Under the pieces are notes generated by a model. That model was given only the letters and a program-made list of their open reading frames with translations. It had not been told where the DNA came from and searched no databases. Source: an uncultured bacterium (lineage in GTDB: Bacteria; Bacteroidota; Bacteroidia; Chitinophagales; UBA10324). From it: DNA of 64,000 nucleotides. Within the stretch, counting starts at the first letter, position 1. Every line of letters begins with the position of its first letter. Below, piece by piece: positions 1 to 10,170 of this stretch. The translations under genes and the position numbers were made by a program. The stretch lies in the NCBI GenBank assembly GCA_963977675.1, contig CAXBPY010000008.1, forward strand, positions 1,399 through 65,398, given 5' to 3'.

Positions 1-37
1 AAAAAAGAAGAACGCTTCGGTATGCGAAGCGTTCTTC
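1..37 (-). terminator. Rho-independent terminator of the TBDR-cargo-PorV operon
   Basis: 13-bp perfect stem GAAGAACGCTTCG/CGAAGCGTTCTTC (7-37) with A6 at 1-6 (U-tract on minus strand), just past the stop at 64. Confidence 0.85.
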
Positions 38-63
38 AGTGTTAAATTTTTTCGGGGGTAAAC

Positions 64-1140
64 TTACATATTAAATCGAACTCCCAAAGTGTGTGTACCT
101 CCCCACGGGTTACTTGCGCGATAAGAATAATCTAAACCAACAGTGTTTCCGGTTTTTTTACTCAATGGTAATTCAAAAGTAAATCCGCCGGCAATACCAG
201 TATAAACCGTAGTGCGTTCATCCGGGTTTGTAATTCCAGATTCATAGTTATATCCAACCCGAACCATAAATTCATTTTTCAATGAGTACTCAAGTCCAAT
301 TCCAATATTATCACGACTGAATGAATGAGAAGCAAAATTTCCTGCCAGTGTAATTCTGTTGGTTGTCATATTAGTTTTTCCTTCCATTTTTTTTCCAAAA
401 TGAAAATCATAGGAAGCTCCGATATTCAGCAATGATGGCAATTCAAACTCCTGCGAACGCTCAGATACAGTCATTGTGTAATTTCCATCCTGTGCATCGC
501 CTTTATAGGTAAGAGCATCACCCTGAAATTTTAATGGAGTTCCTATGTTTCGAAGAGCAATACCGAATTTGATTCGGTCATCATATCTGCCATCGCCAGT
601 TACATATTGTATTCCAGCATCGAGACCAATTCCGGAAGCTTTTGCATCAGCAATACCTTCTGTTACTCCTCTTAATGTAATTCCGCCATAAATGCTTCTG
701 GAAAATGCTTTGGAATAAGCAAGTGCAAGATTGATAAATTGAGGCTTGAAAGTACCAATTCCTCCCTCGGGCAAATTCACGGTCGTGGTCATAATATCAC
801 CAAAACTCATCGACATTACATCTACGCCAATAACTCCATCGTGACCAATGTTTTGGCTGAAACCGAAACTATTGATATTTATTCCGGTTCCCTGAAGATA
901 GTTACAGTGCGAAAAAACGACTTCAGTTTTTCCGGTGAATGCAAGTCCACCAACATTCAGATTGAGTGCTTCAATACCATGAACACATGCAGTATTTATT
1001 CCATGCCATCCGCTGCTGCGCGCCCATGGATTAATGAGTAATTCATATGCCCCGGCTTGTCCGGCGCGATCTTTATTTCCAGCAGTGGCCGCATTCAATC
1101 CTGTGATTAAAATGAGCGTTACGATTAATATTTTATTCAT
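64..1140 (-). CDS. PorV/PorQ-family outer-membrane beta-barrel (T9SS shuttle paralog)
   Basis: Signal peptide; N-terminal 'AGAYELLINPWARSSG...LNVGGLAF' typical of the PorV/FadL-like family; amphipathic strands; C-terminal strand LGVRFNM. Confidence 0.8.
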   Translation of the reverse strand: MNKILIVTLILITGLNAATAGNKDRAGQAGAYELLINPWARSSGWHGINTACVHGIEALNLNVGGLAFTGKTEVVFSHCNYLQGTGININSFGFSQNIGHDGVIGVDVMSMSFGDIMTTTVNLPEGGIGTFKPQFINLALAYSKAFSRSIYGGITLRGVTEGIADAKASGIGLDAGIQYVTGDGRYDDRIKFGIALRNIGTPLKFQGDALTYKGDAQDGNYTMTVSERSQEFELPSLLNIGASYDFHFGKKMEGKTNMTTNRITLAGNFASHSFSRDNIGIGLEYSLKNEFMVRVGYNYESGITNPDERTTVYTGIAGGFTFELPLSKKTGNTVGLDYSYRASNPWGGTHTLGVRFNM

Positions 1141-1178
1141 GAATCTGTTTTATTTTCTTGAGAGTGATTGAAGTTTTT

Positions 1179-4100
1179 TTAGAAGCTATTCAAATCAGTA
1201 GGTCGCATGATTCCGAAAAACTTTAAGGTCTTTTCTCCAATTCCTGGAGCGCTGATGTGAATAAGATAAACACCACTTGAAACTGGAACTCCTGCTGAGT
1301 TTTTCAGATCCCAATCCAAGGAAGTGATGGTTTCATCATCGCGTTCGAAACGGCGAATTAAAACTCCGTCGACTGAGAAAATTGAAATTGTGCATTTCAC
1401 AGGAAGGTTCGTAATCTTCACCCGGTTGTCAAGTTGTGAAGATTCATAAGAGCTATAAGCAAAATATGGATTAGGAACAATGTTGATTGTATCCATCGCA
1501 TTTTCAGCTGTAAGCGCATCGCCTTTAACAGCAGCCATTTCTTTGGTGCTGAAAGTGTATCTTGGATAACCATTGTTGGTTTCAGGATTTCCGGTGTGAT
1601 ACATCTGGTATGGTTTTGCAACTTTGATATAAATTGTAGTTTCAGTAGGAATCAAACCATCACTAACAGGAAGGAACTGATATCCCTGATTGATTAGCGG
1701 CATACTAACCCACGCAATTTTCTTATAAACATTGGCAGCAATTACGGGATTAAGTTCACCAGTTCCAGTGAGTGGAGTTAGGTTTTGACGGATGTAATTA
1801 CATTCATCATACCTTGTTCTGGAAACATATATATAATGACGGCCTCCCAGTAATACTTCACCTGTGCTTGAAAAATATTTTGAAGTTGGATTCCAGATCA
1901 TATCCGAACCATTTTCAGTCACATCGCGCGAATCTTCTCCAAACATTATATTTAATCTTTCCCCGTTTTCAAGATTAACTGCATAACCTGGGAACCATGA
2001 GTAACCGGTAGTCATTGGATCATTTGTATCGATGGTCATGTATGTTCCATCTTTATTCATTGATGCATGTTTGCGAATTGACATCTTCGGAGCATTTCCT
2101 TCAGATAAAGTTTTTTCAGGGCAGGTTTCAATAACAAGACAATGTGACCATAAACTTTGATCGGGAGTAAATACAATTTTTACACTGATCAAACTATCAA
2201 GTTTGTTTTGAATCAGAGTAGAATTATTTGCCCACACGGGTCCCCAATCAGGGTCAGTTGAACAAAGACGATATGGAGCCCATGTTTTATCAAGAATATT
2301 TTCAAAGTCCTGGTTATCATCGACACCAACATAATCCGGGTGCTGAGAGTTGGTTGGATTAAATGTTCCGGCACGAATCCAGTTCAAATCAGATTCACCT
2401 TCATCATCCTGAATTCCGCTCAGCCATGCTTTTGATGGCTCCTTGTAGGTGATGGATGATTCAATAAAACCATTGTTGTCAGAAGCATCATTGCTTCCCG
2501 GATTTCGAACCTGCTTAACAAAAACTGAAAGTCCCCATTTCTCCAGAATCTTTTCATTCGGGAATGAGATAACATCATCGCTGTATTCAGATTCGCCTGA
2601 TGTCAGGTCAGTTAATTTCCAGTATGTTTTATTAGCATTCATTACAACACCTGGTGTTGAAGAGCTGTCAACCATGGTTAATTCAAAATCATCTGCAGGT
2701 ACATTTTTAGGATCAATTACTTTAACCATTACTGGGCCTGAACCACCTTTATATTCAGTTTGCGGCATATAGGTGTTTTGAATAATTTGAGTGATTGCGT
2801 TATCTGTCAAATCGAGACTAAGAGCTCCGTTGCCCTTTCCTTCTTCGCGATAAATGATAGGTCCATCTCCATAATCAGAATTAAGTTGTAAACCATATGA
2901 TTCGGGGGCCGGGATATGAGGAATACATGTATATACTTTGGTATTTTTTCTTCCCTGAAGATACTTGGTCTTTTGCTGATCAGAACCATTGTATGCGTAG
3001 GCAACCACCATATAGAAATATTTTTTGTGATTGATTAAGCGTTTGTCACCAGATGCGAATGCATCATTTTCAAAAACAAATGAGTGTTGTATTCCTGCAT
3101 TCACACCATCAACTTTCAATGTAGGAACATCAGCTTCGAGAGTTGGATCATAAATGAAATTTACAATCTTGCCGATTGAATCGCGCACATCACATTGAGC
3201 CACCAATCTAGCTTTAGCCGGATCGCCTAACTCCTGAGCACTAACTTTTGTATCTACTAATTGGAAGATCTGATATCCTTGAAAATGATAGAGAGGATCA
3301 GGATCGCCAAGTGCCGCAAGAATCGGATCAGAGTCTACATACAGTTCCGTTTCAGGTGTGTAAGTATTCAATAGACTGAATGCAAGTTTTTTGTCAAGCT
3401 CAACAATTTTCAGATCAGGAGCCTTTGGTCCGTCAAGAATTTTAAAGTTAGAATCAAATAGAGCTTGTGCTTTATCATCAGCTTTTTGTAAAAGAGAAAA
3501 ACTTGGACAAGGATAACTTCCTACCGGAGGGCGAACCCACACCACACCCACAATAATTTCATTGCTGGCGCCAGGCAATAATTTGAAAGGACCTGTAGAT
3601 TCAATAAACCGGCGATCGGCCGGGGTATTATTTTCAGAACATTCGCTCCACTGACTTGGAATATTAGGAACGCCCGGAAAAACAAAATGTGTAGGAACAG
3701 AACCGCCGTATGCATTTCCTCCTTCAGTGAATGGGGTTCCATCTTTCCAAGATCCGGACAAATAACCATAATAGTGTGAAGCATTTTCAGGGTTACCGGT
3801 TACCGTAAAATCATTATTGTAGTAGAGAAAATTTGTCATCCCTAACTCCACGCTATCTTCATTTATTGGGCCTTTGAAATAATCCACTCCAAGTAAAGGG
3901 GGCTGATTGCCATAGCCAACAGGACAAGGCTGATCATCTCCATCAGCATTATAAATAATGCCAAGTCCTCTGGTAGTATCGCATCCGATATAATCGTCAA
4001 GATAGCAACCAAGATCGGGATCCACCCACTGGCCCATAAATACTGAATCAAGTGTTGTTGTAGCTCTATTCAATAATTCATATTTATAAAAAGTCATATT

Positions 4101-4910
4101 GTCAATCTCATCAGTCGTTTTAAATGCAAACGCAAGTGCATTCACCTGCATTCCAATTGCAAGTCCTCCGGTTTCAGTATGAATATTTCCTTTGTCATTA
4201 TAAGTCCACCATATCATTTGATCAGCATAATTTGTGTAAGCAGAATTAATCACCGGAAAATCACCTTGTGTAGGATCATAGGTGTCAGGATCAGCATCTA
4301 CATTATAGAACGGTGCAAGATCACGATCGCCAACAGGAACTTCTGCATAGGGATTATTTTTTGCAGGCCATTTCAAAATGTTTGATGGAACCTGGCTTGC
4401 ATCAATTTGAGTTGTAGATGAAGAGAAAAGTCCTCTGAAGGCATCGATCTCATCTCCATAAACCTGAAACTGATGATCCCAGTCTGTACATGTTTGAGCA
4501 TCAATTTCACCATTTGCGTCAAGAGGTCCCGGAAAAAAATCATTTCCATTCTGACGATAGGTTCCGGCAGCAACTTTAAGTTGTCCTCCCTGATCAATTC
4601 CGCCAATCCAGATTGAACCGGCAAAAAGAGAACTTACCCTTGGTTCTGTACTTTCAATAGGAATCTTTGGCACCTCATATTTTGCGGCATCATTAAGATC
4701 CCACCACATGTCGCCACCATTCATTAATCGAGCCCGAACATTATTAATGTTTAGATCAATCTGAGAAGTTGCAGGAGTGCAATCTCCTGCTTCGATCTTG
4801 TGACCTGATTCGATCTTGTGTGGCATGCCTATGTTCTCATAAGCAAGCGAACGCATAGCTGGAAAAGCCAGCATAGCTGCAAGAGCGAAAGATGAGGTGA
4901 GCTTTTTCAT
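1179..4910 (-). CDS. Large secreted protein with T9SS-type C-terminal sorting domain
   Basis: Signal peptide; C-terminal 'INIVPNPY...ISIFSVDGVLIR...WDLKN...SGVYLIHI...KTLKF' matches the type A/FlgD-Ig-like CTD pattern; 1243 aa, Asp/Pro-rich. Confidence 0.75.
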   Translation of the reverse strand: MKKLTSSFALAAMLAFPAMRSLAYENIGMPHKIESGHKIEAGDCTPATSQIDLNINNVRARLMNGGDMWWDLNDAAKYEVPKIPIESTEPRVSSLFAGSIWIGGIDQGGQLKVAAGTYRQNGNDFFPGPLDANGEIDAQTCTDWDHQFQVYGDEIDAFRGLFSSSTTQIDASQVPSNILKWPAKNNPYAEVPVGDRDLAPFYNVDADPDTYDPTQGDFPVINSAYTNYADQMIWWTYNDKGNIHTETGGLAIGMQVNALAFAFKTTDEIDNMTFYKYELLNRATTTLDSVFMGQWVDPDLGCYLDDYIGCDTTRGLGIIYNADGDDQPCPVGYGNQPPLLGVDYFKGPINEDSVELGMTNFLYYNNDFTVTGNPENASHYYGYLSGSWKDGTPFTEGGNAYGGSVPTHFVFPGVPNIPSQWSECSENNTPADRRFIESTGPFKLLPGASNEIIVGVVWVRPPVGSYPCPSFSLLQKADDKAQALFDSNFKILDGPKAPDLKIVELDKKLAFSLLNTYTPETELYVDSDPILAALGDPDPLYHFQGYQIFQLVDTKVSAQELGDPAKARLVAQCDVRDSIGKIVNFIYDPTLEADVPTLKVDGVNAGIQHSFVFENDAFASGDKRLINHKKYFYMVVAYAYNGSDQQKTKYLQGRKNTKVYTCIPHIPAPESYGLQLNSDYGDGPIIYREEGKGNGALSLDLTDNAITQIIQNTYMPQTEYKGGSGPVMVKVIDPKNVPADDFELTMVDSSSTPGVVMNANKTYWKLTDLTSGESEYSDDVISFPNEKILEKWGLSVFVKQVRNPGSNDASDNNGFIESSITYKEPSKAWLSGIQDDEGESDLNWIRAGTFNPTNSQHPDYVGVDDNQDFENILDKTWAPYRLCSTDPDWGPVWANNSTLIQNKLDSLISVKIVFTPDQSLWSHCLVIETCPEKTLSEGNAPKMSIRKHASMNKDGTYMTIDTNDPMTTGYSWFPGYAVNLENGERLNIMFGEDSRDVTENGSDMIWNPTSKYFSSTGEVLLGGRHYIYVSRTRYDECNYIRQNLTPLTGTGELNPVIAANVYKKIAWVSMPLINQGYQFLPVSDGLIPTETTIYIKVAKPYQMYHTGNPETNNGYPRYTFSTKEMAAVKGDALTAENAMDTINIVPNPYFAYSSYESSQLDNRVKITNLPVKCTISIFSVDGVLIRRFERDDETITSLDWDLKNSAGVPVSSGVYLIHISAPGIGEKTLKFFGIMRPTDLNSF

Positions 4911-4937
4911 ATTATTTGAATTAATTTTTTTCAGAGT

Positions 4938-7900
4938 TTAAAAGGAGAATGACAAACCACAGCGGATGGTGCGTGGGTTAGTGTAGTTACCAGGTGAATT
5001 TATTTTAATCGCGTATTGATCAATAAATGCCTGGCGGTCTAATTGTGTTTCAAGTGACTGTTGTCCTACAGCAGATGACAAATAACCATCATCATCAGGA
5101 TTGCCGGTGTATGGATAAACACCCAAAACATTGAGCGTATTAAGCGCATTCTGAACAAGAATATATCCGTTCACATAAAATGGTTCTCTTCCGGGAGTTG
5201 TAGCTGTTTGAGGAATGCCTTTGCGAACAATAAAATCTTTATCCAGTTTTAAATCAATTCTAAAAGTCCATGGTAATCTGGCGCCATTCAGTGTTCCTTG
5301 CAAACTTGATTGAGTAGCTACACCGCTGAGGCCGGCAGGAGTTGGGTTGCTTTGACGAGTATATGGAGTTCCGGAACCTGCTGTAAATATTACATCCAAC
5401 CCGGTGTTCTGAAGAATTGGTTTATCTTTTTTGCCAACCAGTGGACCGTCATATTTTTTCCCTTCACCATAACGATAATCGAAGGTCGCACTGAATGTAT
5501 GACGCTGATCGTAATAAAAAGGAATGATAGTTTTCAGATTCGGTGTTACTTCACTGATAAAACCTAGTGATGAAGTTTGATCAGAACCGGTACCATCAGC
5601 AAATTGAAGCGTGTAATTAATATCCATGCGGATATTATTGGTGCGCTGCATTTCATAGGCGAGTTGCAAAGATTTCACTGTTCCGAAATCTTCATTTCCG
5701 TATGTAGTGTAATTTGTAGGATAAGCGTAAAAATATTTTTTAGCCTGAACCTGATTTTTTAATTCACGGTAAATTCCTGAAATGGTTAAAGCTGATTTCT
5801 TAGAAAGAGCTTGCTTGAATCCAACCTGATAGTCAATAGTTTTTTCAGGACGAAGATTTGGATTCTGCAGAACTGCGTTCACTGCAATTGAATTGAGGAA
5901 ATAGTAATTGAAAGGATTGCCACGATTGGCTGTGGGACGCTGAGACAATACATCATAGTGAGCAAAGAACAACGCGTCTTCATTCAGGCGGAATGAAAAA
6001 GCTATACGAGGCATTAATGTGTATTGCGGATCATAATCTTTGAAAGCATCCGGTGTCACCTGTAAACTATCAGTACTTGAACTTTCAAGGTATGGAGAAA
6101 TTTTTCCGGTAGATGAAAGTAATGCAAGTGTGCTTGCGCTTGAAATTTCTGTACCATCAGCGTCATACCATGTATCTCCATGTCTGTAACCAACAATCTG
6201 ATGAGGATCTGTTGGATTGTCAACATATACAACATAATCAGGCCCCATGTTAGCAGGATGATTTGGATCTTGTCCGTCAATTGTAGTTACTTCTTCAACA
6301 GTTTTTGCCGGATAAAGCAAGTAAGGATCTTTCAAAACTTTTTGGTTGGCATCATAGTAATCTACGCGAAGTCCTATGTCAAAAAATAAATCATTAAAAT
6401 GGAAATTATCCTGAATATAACCTGCAACATAAGTGGGACGATAGGCTGCATTATTTCTTACATAGTTTCCGTTATCATCCTTCTTGGTAAAAAAGTCATC
6501 AAAAGAAGGCTGGCGTTTTAATACATTTCCAAGATAATCGTAACCATAATAGCTTACATAAGCACTTCCGTTATTGAATAATTCATCGGGACTAAACATA
6601 TCCAGGCTAAGGTTGGATGGATCTACTGCGTCGAAATCAATATAGTCAAGACCATGTGGATCTAAACCAAGTTTGTTTCTCAAGTTGAGATCGAAATAGG
6701 TTTGATCATTTCCGAGACGGCGGTTGTAGTTAATGGTATCCTGAAACACTCCGAATTCATCATAAACCAAAATCGGGTTCTCGGTATCGAAATCAAGAAT
6801 ATGAGAATTGGTTAATTGTCTGGCTAAACCCCATAAGCCGATTGGAGCAACTGTGTATGCACGGTCAACTCGTTGTTCATACTCAACTCCAAATTCTATC
6901 GCATGCCTGTTCTTTTCAGCCTTATCTTTTGATGAACCTTTTACAATATCAACTGAACTAAAAAATGACAGACGATACTGATCATTATTTTGATAGCCGA
7001 AACTTCCTACCTGAGCACCTGTACCGCTCCACATTGAATAAATAGTAGGGGCGCCATCGCCATTCAACAAGCCGCCGCCAATAAACAGATCAGTTAGCGA
7101 TGAGTAATATAAATTTTGATTGTCCTGACTTGCATCTACCAAACCGTAAACTCCATCAACGGGAGTGCTTCCGGCCAATGTGTAATACTGTGCAGTATAA
7201 TCAGCAAGAAGAGGATTTTCAGTTCCGGGTTCAAAGGTTACAAGTGTATCACGGTAACCAACCAAAACCATTCCTTCATAAACATGACCATCAGAAGGAA
7301 GCGTATCCTTGCTGAAAAAATAAACCGGTTCTTTATATGTGGTGTACTTTCCAAGATAACCGTATTTGAATGCATCAAATCCCTTCTCTTTATCTTCAAA
7401 GCGACGACGGAATTTTGAATAGTCAACCTGAATTGAATAATATGCATTTTGGAAAACAGAAGAACTCAACTGTTCGGCAGTTTTATTTGAACCAAAGCGC
7501 TGAGTGAATCTTGCAAAACCACGATAAGTAAGGTCTTGATAATACTGCGCTGTTGTGGGAGTGAACATTTGATTTGTAAATCCATTTGACCAGAATTGAG
7601 AGTAGTTTGCATTTCCTCCGGCTGTAAGAGTTACATACTTATTTAATCTGTAATCAACTTTGAGCGAGCCTCGGAAATTGTTATCATTTCCATGAATGAT
7701 AGCGTTATGATGATAAAGCGAATCCTTTGTAACATATGAAGCTGAAGTTACAAATCCGGTTCCGATAGTTGATGGGCGAAGAGGATTAGTTTGCAGGTCA
7801 TTTAAAATACTATCCTTCACAGTCCAATAACCAACAGCGGAAGGATCCGGATCAATGTTGCCTTCATATTCAAGTGAAAGAAAGAAACCCATTTTAGCTT

Positions 7901-8717
7901 CTGAAGAATCTTTGGAAGTACCCATCGAAGATTTATACTTGGTATAGAGAGGTCCGCTGAAATTCAGACTCACCAGTTTGTATCCGTACGGATCCAGGAA
8001 GTATGAATTGCCAAGTTCTAATCCGCCGCTATAAAATTTAGAAGGGCCGCGAGTGGTAATATTAATTACACCACCTGTTGCATCACCATACTTAGCGGGT
8101 AATCCACCGGTGATTACTGAAAGTTGTTCGATTGCTGATGATGGTAGAGAAATACTTCCGCGCATTGGGATTCCATCAACATAATATTTCTGAGAATATG
8201 ACCGGGCTCCATTTATATATAAAGCACCGCCATTATCTGCCTGAAATACTCCGGCAGATTTTGCAGCGATGTTATTTGGATTGCTACGAACAATAGCTGA
8301 TTCCTGAATTTTCTTTTTGTCCATGGTGTGTGTTTGTGATACATCACCCGGGTTAATAAGCGGATCGGCTACAATAATTACATCTTTCAAAATCTTGGAA
8401 CCAACAGTTAATGTTCCATCATAGGTGGAGGTAACATCAGATTTAATAACAATTCCGCTTGCTCTAAGCGTGTCATAACCGGTTGCAGTTATCAATAAGT
8501 CGTAAGTTCCGGGCGTGATTGGCTTTATAATATAGTTACCGTCAAAATCTCCGACATTCCCTGTTATAAGATTACCTGTTTGAAAAAGCCGCACAGTCGG
8601 GGCAATGATGCCCTCACCTTTTGAGTCAAGAATTCGTCCTTGTAAAACTCCGGATTGTGCAAAAGCCGATGCAGAAAACAGGATCATCAGCGATAGAAGG
8701 GAGTAAATTTTTCTCAT
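4938..8717 (-). CDS. TonB-dependent receptor with N-terminal carboxypeptidase-regulatory-like domain
   Basis: Signal peptide; plug motif 'GGLPAKYGDATGGVINITTR'; 'NPNLRPEKTIDYQVG'; C-terminal Phe. Confidence 0.85.
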   Translation of the reverse strand: MRKIYSLLSLMILFSASAFAQSGVLQGRILDSKGEGIIAPTVRLFQTGNLITGNVGDFDGNYIIKPITPGTYDLLITATGYDTLRASGIVIKSDVTSTYDGTLTVGSKILKDVIIVADPLINPGDVSQTHTMDKKKIQESAIVRSNPNNIAAKSAGVFQADNGGALYINGARSYSQKYYVDGIPMRGSISLPSSAIEQLSVITGGLPAKYGDATGGVINITTRGPSKFYSGGLELGNSYFLDPYGYKLVSLNFSGPLYTKYKSSMGTSKDSSEAKMGFFLSLEYEGNIDPDPSAVGYWTVKDSILNDLQTNPLRPSTIGTGFVTSASYVTKDSLYHHNAIIHGNDNNFRGSLKVDYRLNKYVTLTAGGNANYSQFWSNGFTNQMFTPTTAQYYQDLTYRGFARFTQRFGSNKTAEQLSSSVFQNAYYSIQVDYSKFRRRFEDKEKGFDAFKYGYLGKYTTYKEPVYFFSKDTLPSDGHVYEGMVLVGYRDTLVTFEPGTENPLLADYTAQYYTLAGSTPVDGVYGLVDASQDNQNLYYSSLTDLFIGGGLLNGDGAPTIYSMWSGTGAQVGSFGYQNNDQYRLSFFSSVDIVKGSSKDKAEKNRHAIEFGVEYEQRVDRAYTVAPIGLWGLARQLTNSHILDFDTENPILVYDEFGVFQDTINYNRRLGNDQTYFDLNLRNKLGLDPHGLDYIDFDAVDPSNLSLDMFSPDELFNNGSAYVSYYGYDYLGNVLKRQPSFDDFFTKKDDNGNYVRNNAAYRPTYVAGYIQDNFHFNDLFFDIGLRVDYYDANQKVLKDPYLLYPAKTVEEVTTIDGQDPNHPANMGPDYVVYVDNPTDPHQIVGYRHGDTWYDADGTEISSASTLALLSSTGKISPYLESSSTDSLQVTPDAFKDYDPQYTLMPRIAFSFRLNEDALFFAHYDVLSQRPTANRGNPFNYYFLNSIAVNAVLQNPNLRPEKTIDYQVGFKQALSKKSALTISGIYRELKNQVQAKKYFYAYPTNYTTYGNEDFGTVKSLQLAYEMQRTNNIRMDINYTLQFADGTGSDQTSSLGFISEVTPNLKTIIPFYYDQRHTFSATFDYRYGEGKKYDGPLVGKKDKPILQNTGLDVIFTAGSGTPYTRQSNPTPAGLSGVATQSSLQGTLNGARLPWTFRIDLKLDKDFIVRKGIPQTATTPGREPFYVNGYILVQNALNTLNVLGVYPYTGNPDDDGYLSSAVGQQSLETQLDRQAFIDQYAIKINSPGNYTNPRTIRCGLSFSF

Positions 8718-8770
8718 GCCCGTAGGTTTTGTTTTGGTTAAAGTTGTTTTAGTTTTTTTCGAGAGGCGGA

Positions 8771-8778
8771 CAAATTTA
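8771..8778 (-). promoter_or_regulatory. Bacteroidota -7 promoter box (TAAATTTG) for the TBDR operon
   Basis: Matches TAnnTTTG 54 nt upstream of the ATG at 8717. Confidence 0.6.
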
Positions 8779-8886
8779 ATTGTGCATTTGAATTATGGAA
8801 TAAATGTAAAATGATGAAGAATGCTTATGCAAGTGCGCCTTTTGATTATGACAATTCTTTTACAATCGATTGCTTGTTTCATGATG

Positions 8887-9663
8887 CTATTTTGAAAATC
8901 TGTTCGCCAGCTCGATGAATGTTTCTACACTTAACTGCTCCGCTCTTTTGCTGAAAATTTCTTCGTGCAGTTTTTCTTTCGGCAGCAAACCACTAAGGGA
9001 ATTGCGGAGAGTTTTTCTTCTTTGGCTGAATGCTTGTTTCACGAAAGCAAAGAAATATTTCTCGTCATTTAGATGTGGTGCATTTTCTTTTTTTGACAAT
9101 CTTATGACAGCGCTCTTCACCTTTGGTGGAGGTGTGAATGACTCCGCTTCAACTACAAAAAGATTTTCGACTTCATAAAATGTCTGCACAAGCACACTTA
9201 GAATTCCATAAACTTTATTTCCGTGTTTTGATGAAATCCTGTCGGCAACTTCTTTCTGAAACATGCCCACCATCAACGGAATTTTATTTCTTTCTGAAAG
9301 AATCCTGAAAATTATTTGAGAAGAAATATTATAGGGGAAATTACCAACTATAGAAAAATCATTTTCGAAGATTTCGTTAAGATTAATATTCAAAAAATCT
9401 TTTTGAATGATTTTGTTTTTCGTTTCGGGAAATTCTTTTTCAAGATGCTGAACCATCCTCGCATCAATTTCTACAAGCTTGAGATTGATTTTTTGTTTCA
9501 GTAAATACTGAGTAAGCGCGCCGGGACCGGGACCAATTTCCAAAACATTTTCACCGGAAAGTTTATACATCAGCGATTCAACAATCTTCATTGAAATATT
9601 TTCATCATGAAGAAAATGCTGTCCGAAAGATTTTATTGCGCGAGGAGAGGAAATAGGTTTCAG
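8887..9663 (-). CDS. rsmA: 16S rRNA m6,2A dimethyltransferase RsmA/KsgA (start probably CTG at 9663)
   Basis: Motifs EIGPGPG, VGNFPYNIS, FTPPPKVKS, RRKTLRN; the conserved N-terminal KSFGQHFL lies in frame upstream of the ATG at 9591. Confidence 0.93.
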   Translation of the reverse strand: MKPISSPRAIKSFGQHFLHDENISMKIVESLMYKLSGENVLEIGPGPGALTQYLLKQKINLKLVEIDARMVQHLEKEFPETKNKIIQKDFLNINLNEIFENDFSIVGNFPYNISSQIIFRILSERNKIPLMVGMFQKEVADRISSKHGNKVYGILSVLVQTFYEVENLFVVEAESFTPPPKVKSAVIRLSKKENAPHLNDEKYFFAFVKQAFSQRRKTLRNSLSGLLPKEKLHEEIFSKRAEQLSVETFIELANRFSK

Positions 9664-9696
9664 GCTTTTGATTTTTGATCTGATGTTTTGCGAAAA

Positions 9697-10125
9697 TTAT
9701 TTCTCTTCTAAAATTTTCCTGAATGAATCAGGCACAGCCGTCACTTTTCTGTTTTTGTAGTCGAAGCAAACCATACCGGTTTTTGCCCTGGCTATTTCTT
9801 TTTTTGTATTTATTTCTGTAACGAGATAAAAAATATCAAAACTCACTTTTGAAATATCCTGAACAAAGATTTCAATATTCAATACATCACCATAAAAACT
9901 TTCATTCTTAAATACGATCGCCACATCTCCCATAATTACTGAGGTTCCAAATAAATCCAACTCAGAACTGTTCATCGATTTGAAAAACTGAACCCGCGCT
10001 TCTTGTAAAATGGAAAGAATAGAATCATTGCCTACATGACCTCCGTAATTGATATCAGTGATGCGCACTGCAATTTCAGTTGTGAAAATAAATTTCTCTG
10101 GCAGGTCTATTTTGATGCGAGGCAT
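9697..10125 (-). CDS. Hot-dog-fold acyl-CoA thioesterase (4HBT-like)
   Basis: Motif 'VRITDINYGGHVGN...QEAR'. Confidence 0.85.
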   Translation of the reverse strand: MPRIKIDLPEKFIFTTEIAVRITDINYGGHVGNDSILSILQEARVQFFKSMNSSELDLFGTSVIMGDVAIVFKNESFYGDVLNIEIFVQDISKVSFDIFYLVTEINTKKEIARAKTGMVCFDYKNRKVTAVPDSFRKILEEK

Positions 10126-10170
10126 AGAGACAAATCAAAACGCAAAACTCAAATTTCAAAAATGATAGCT

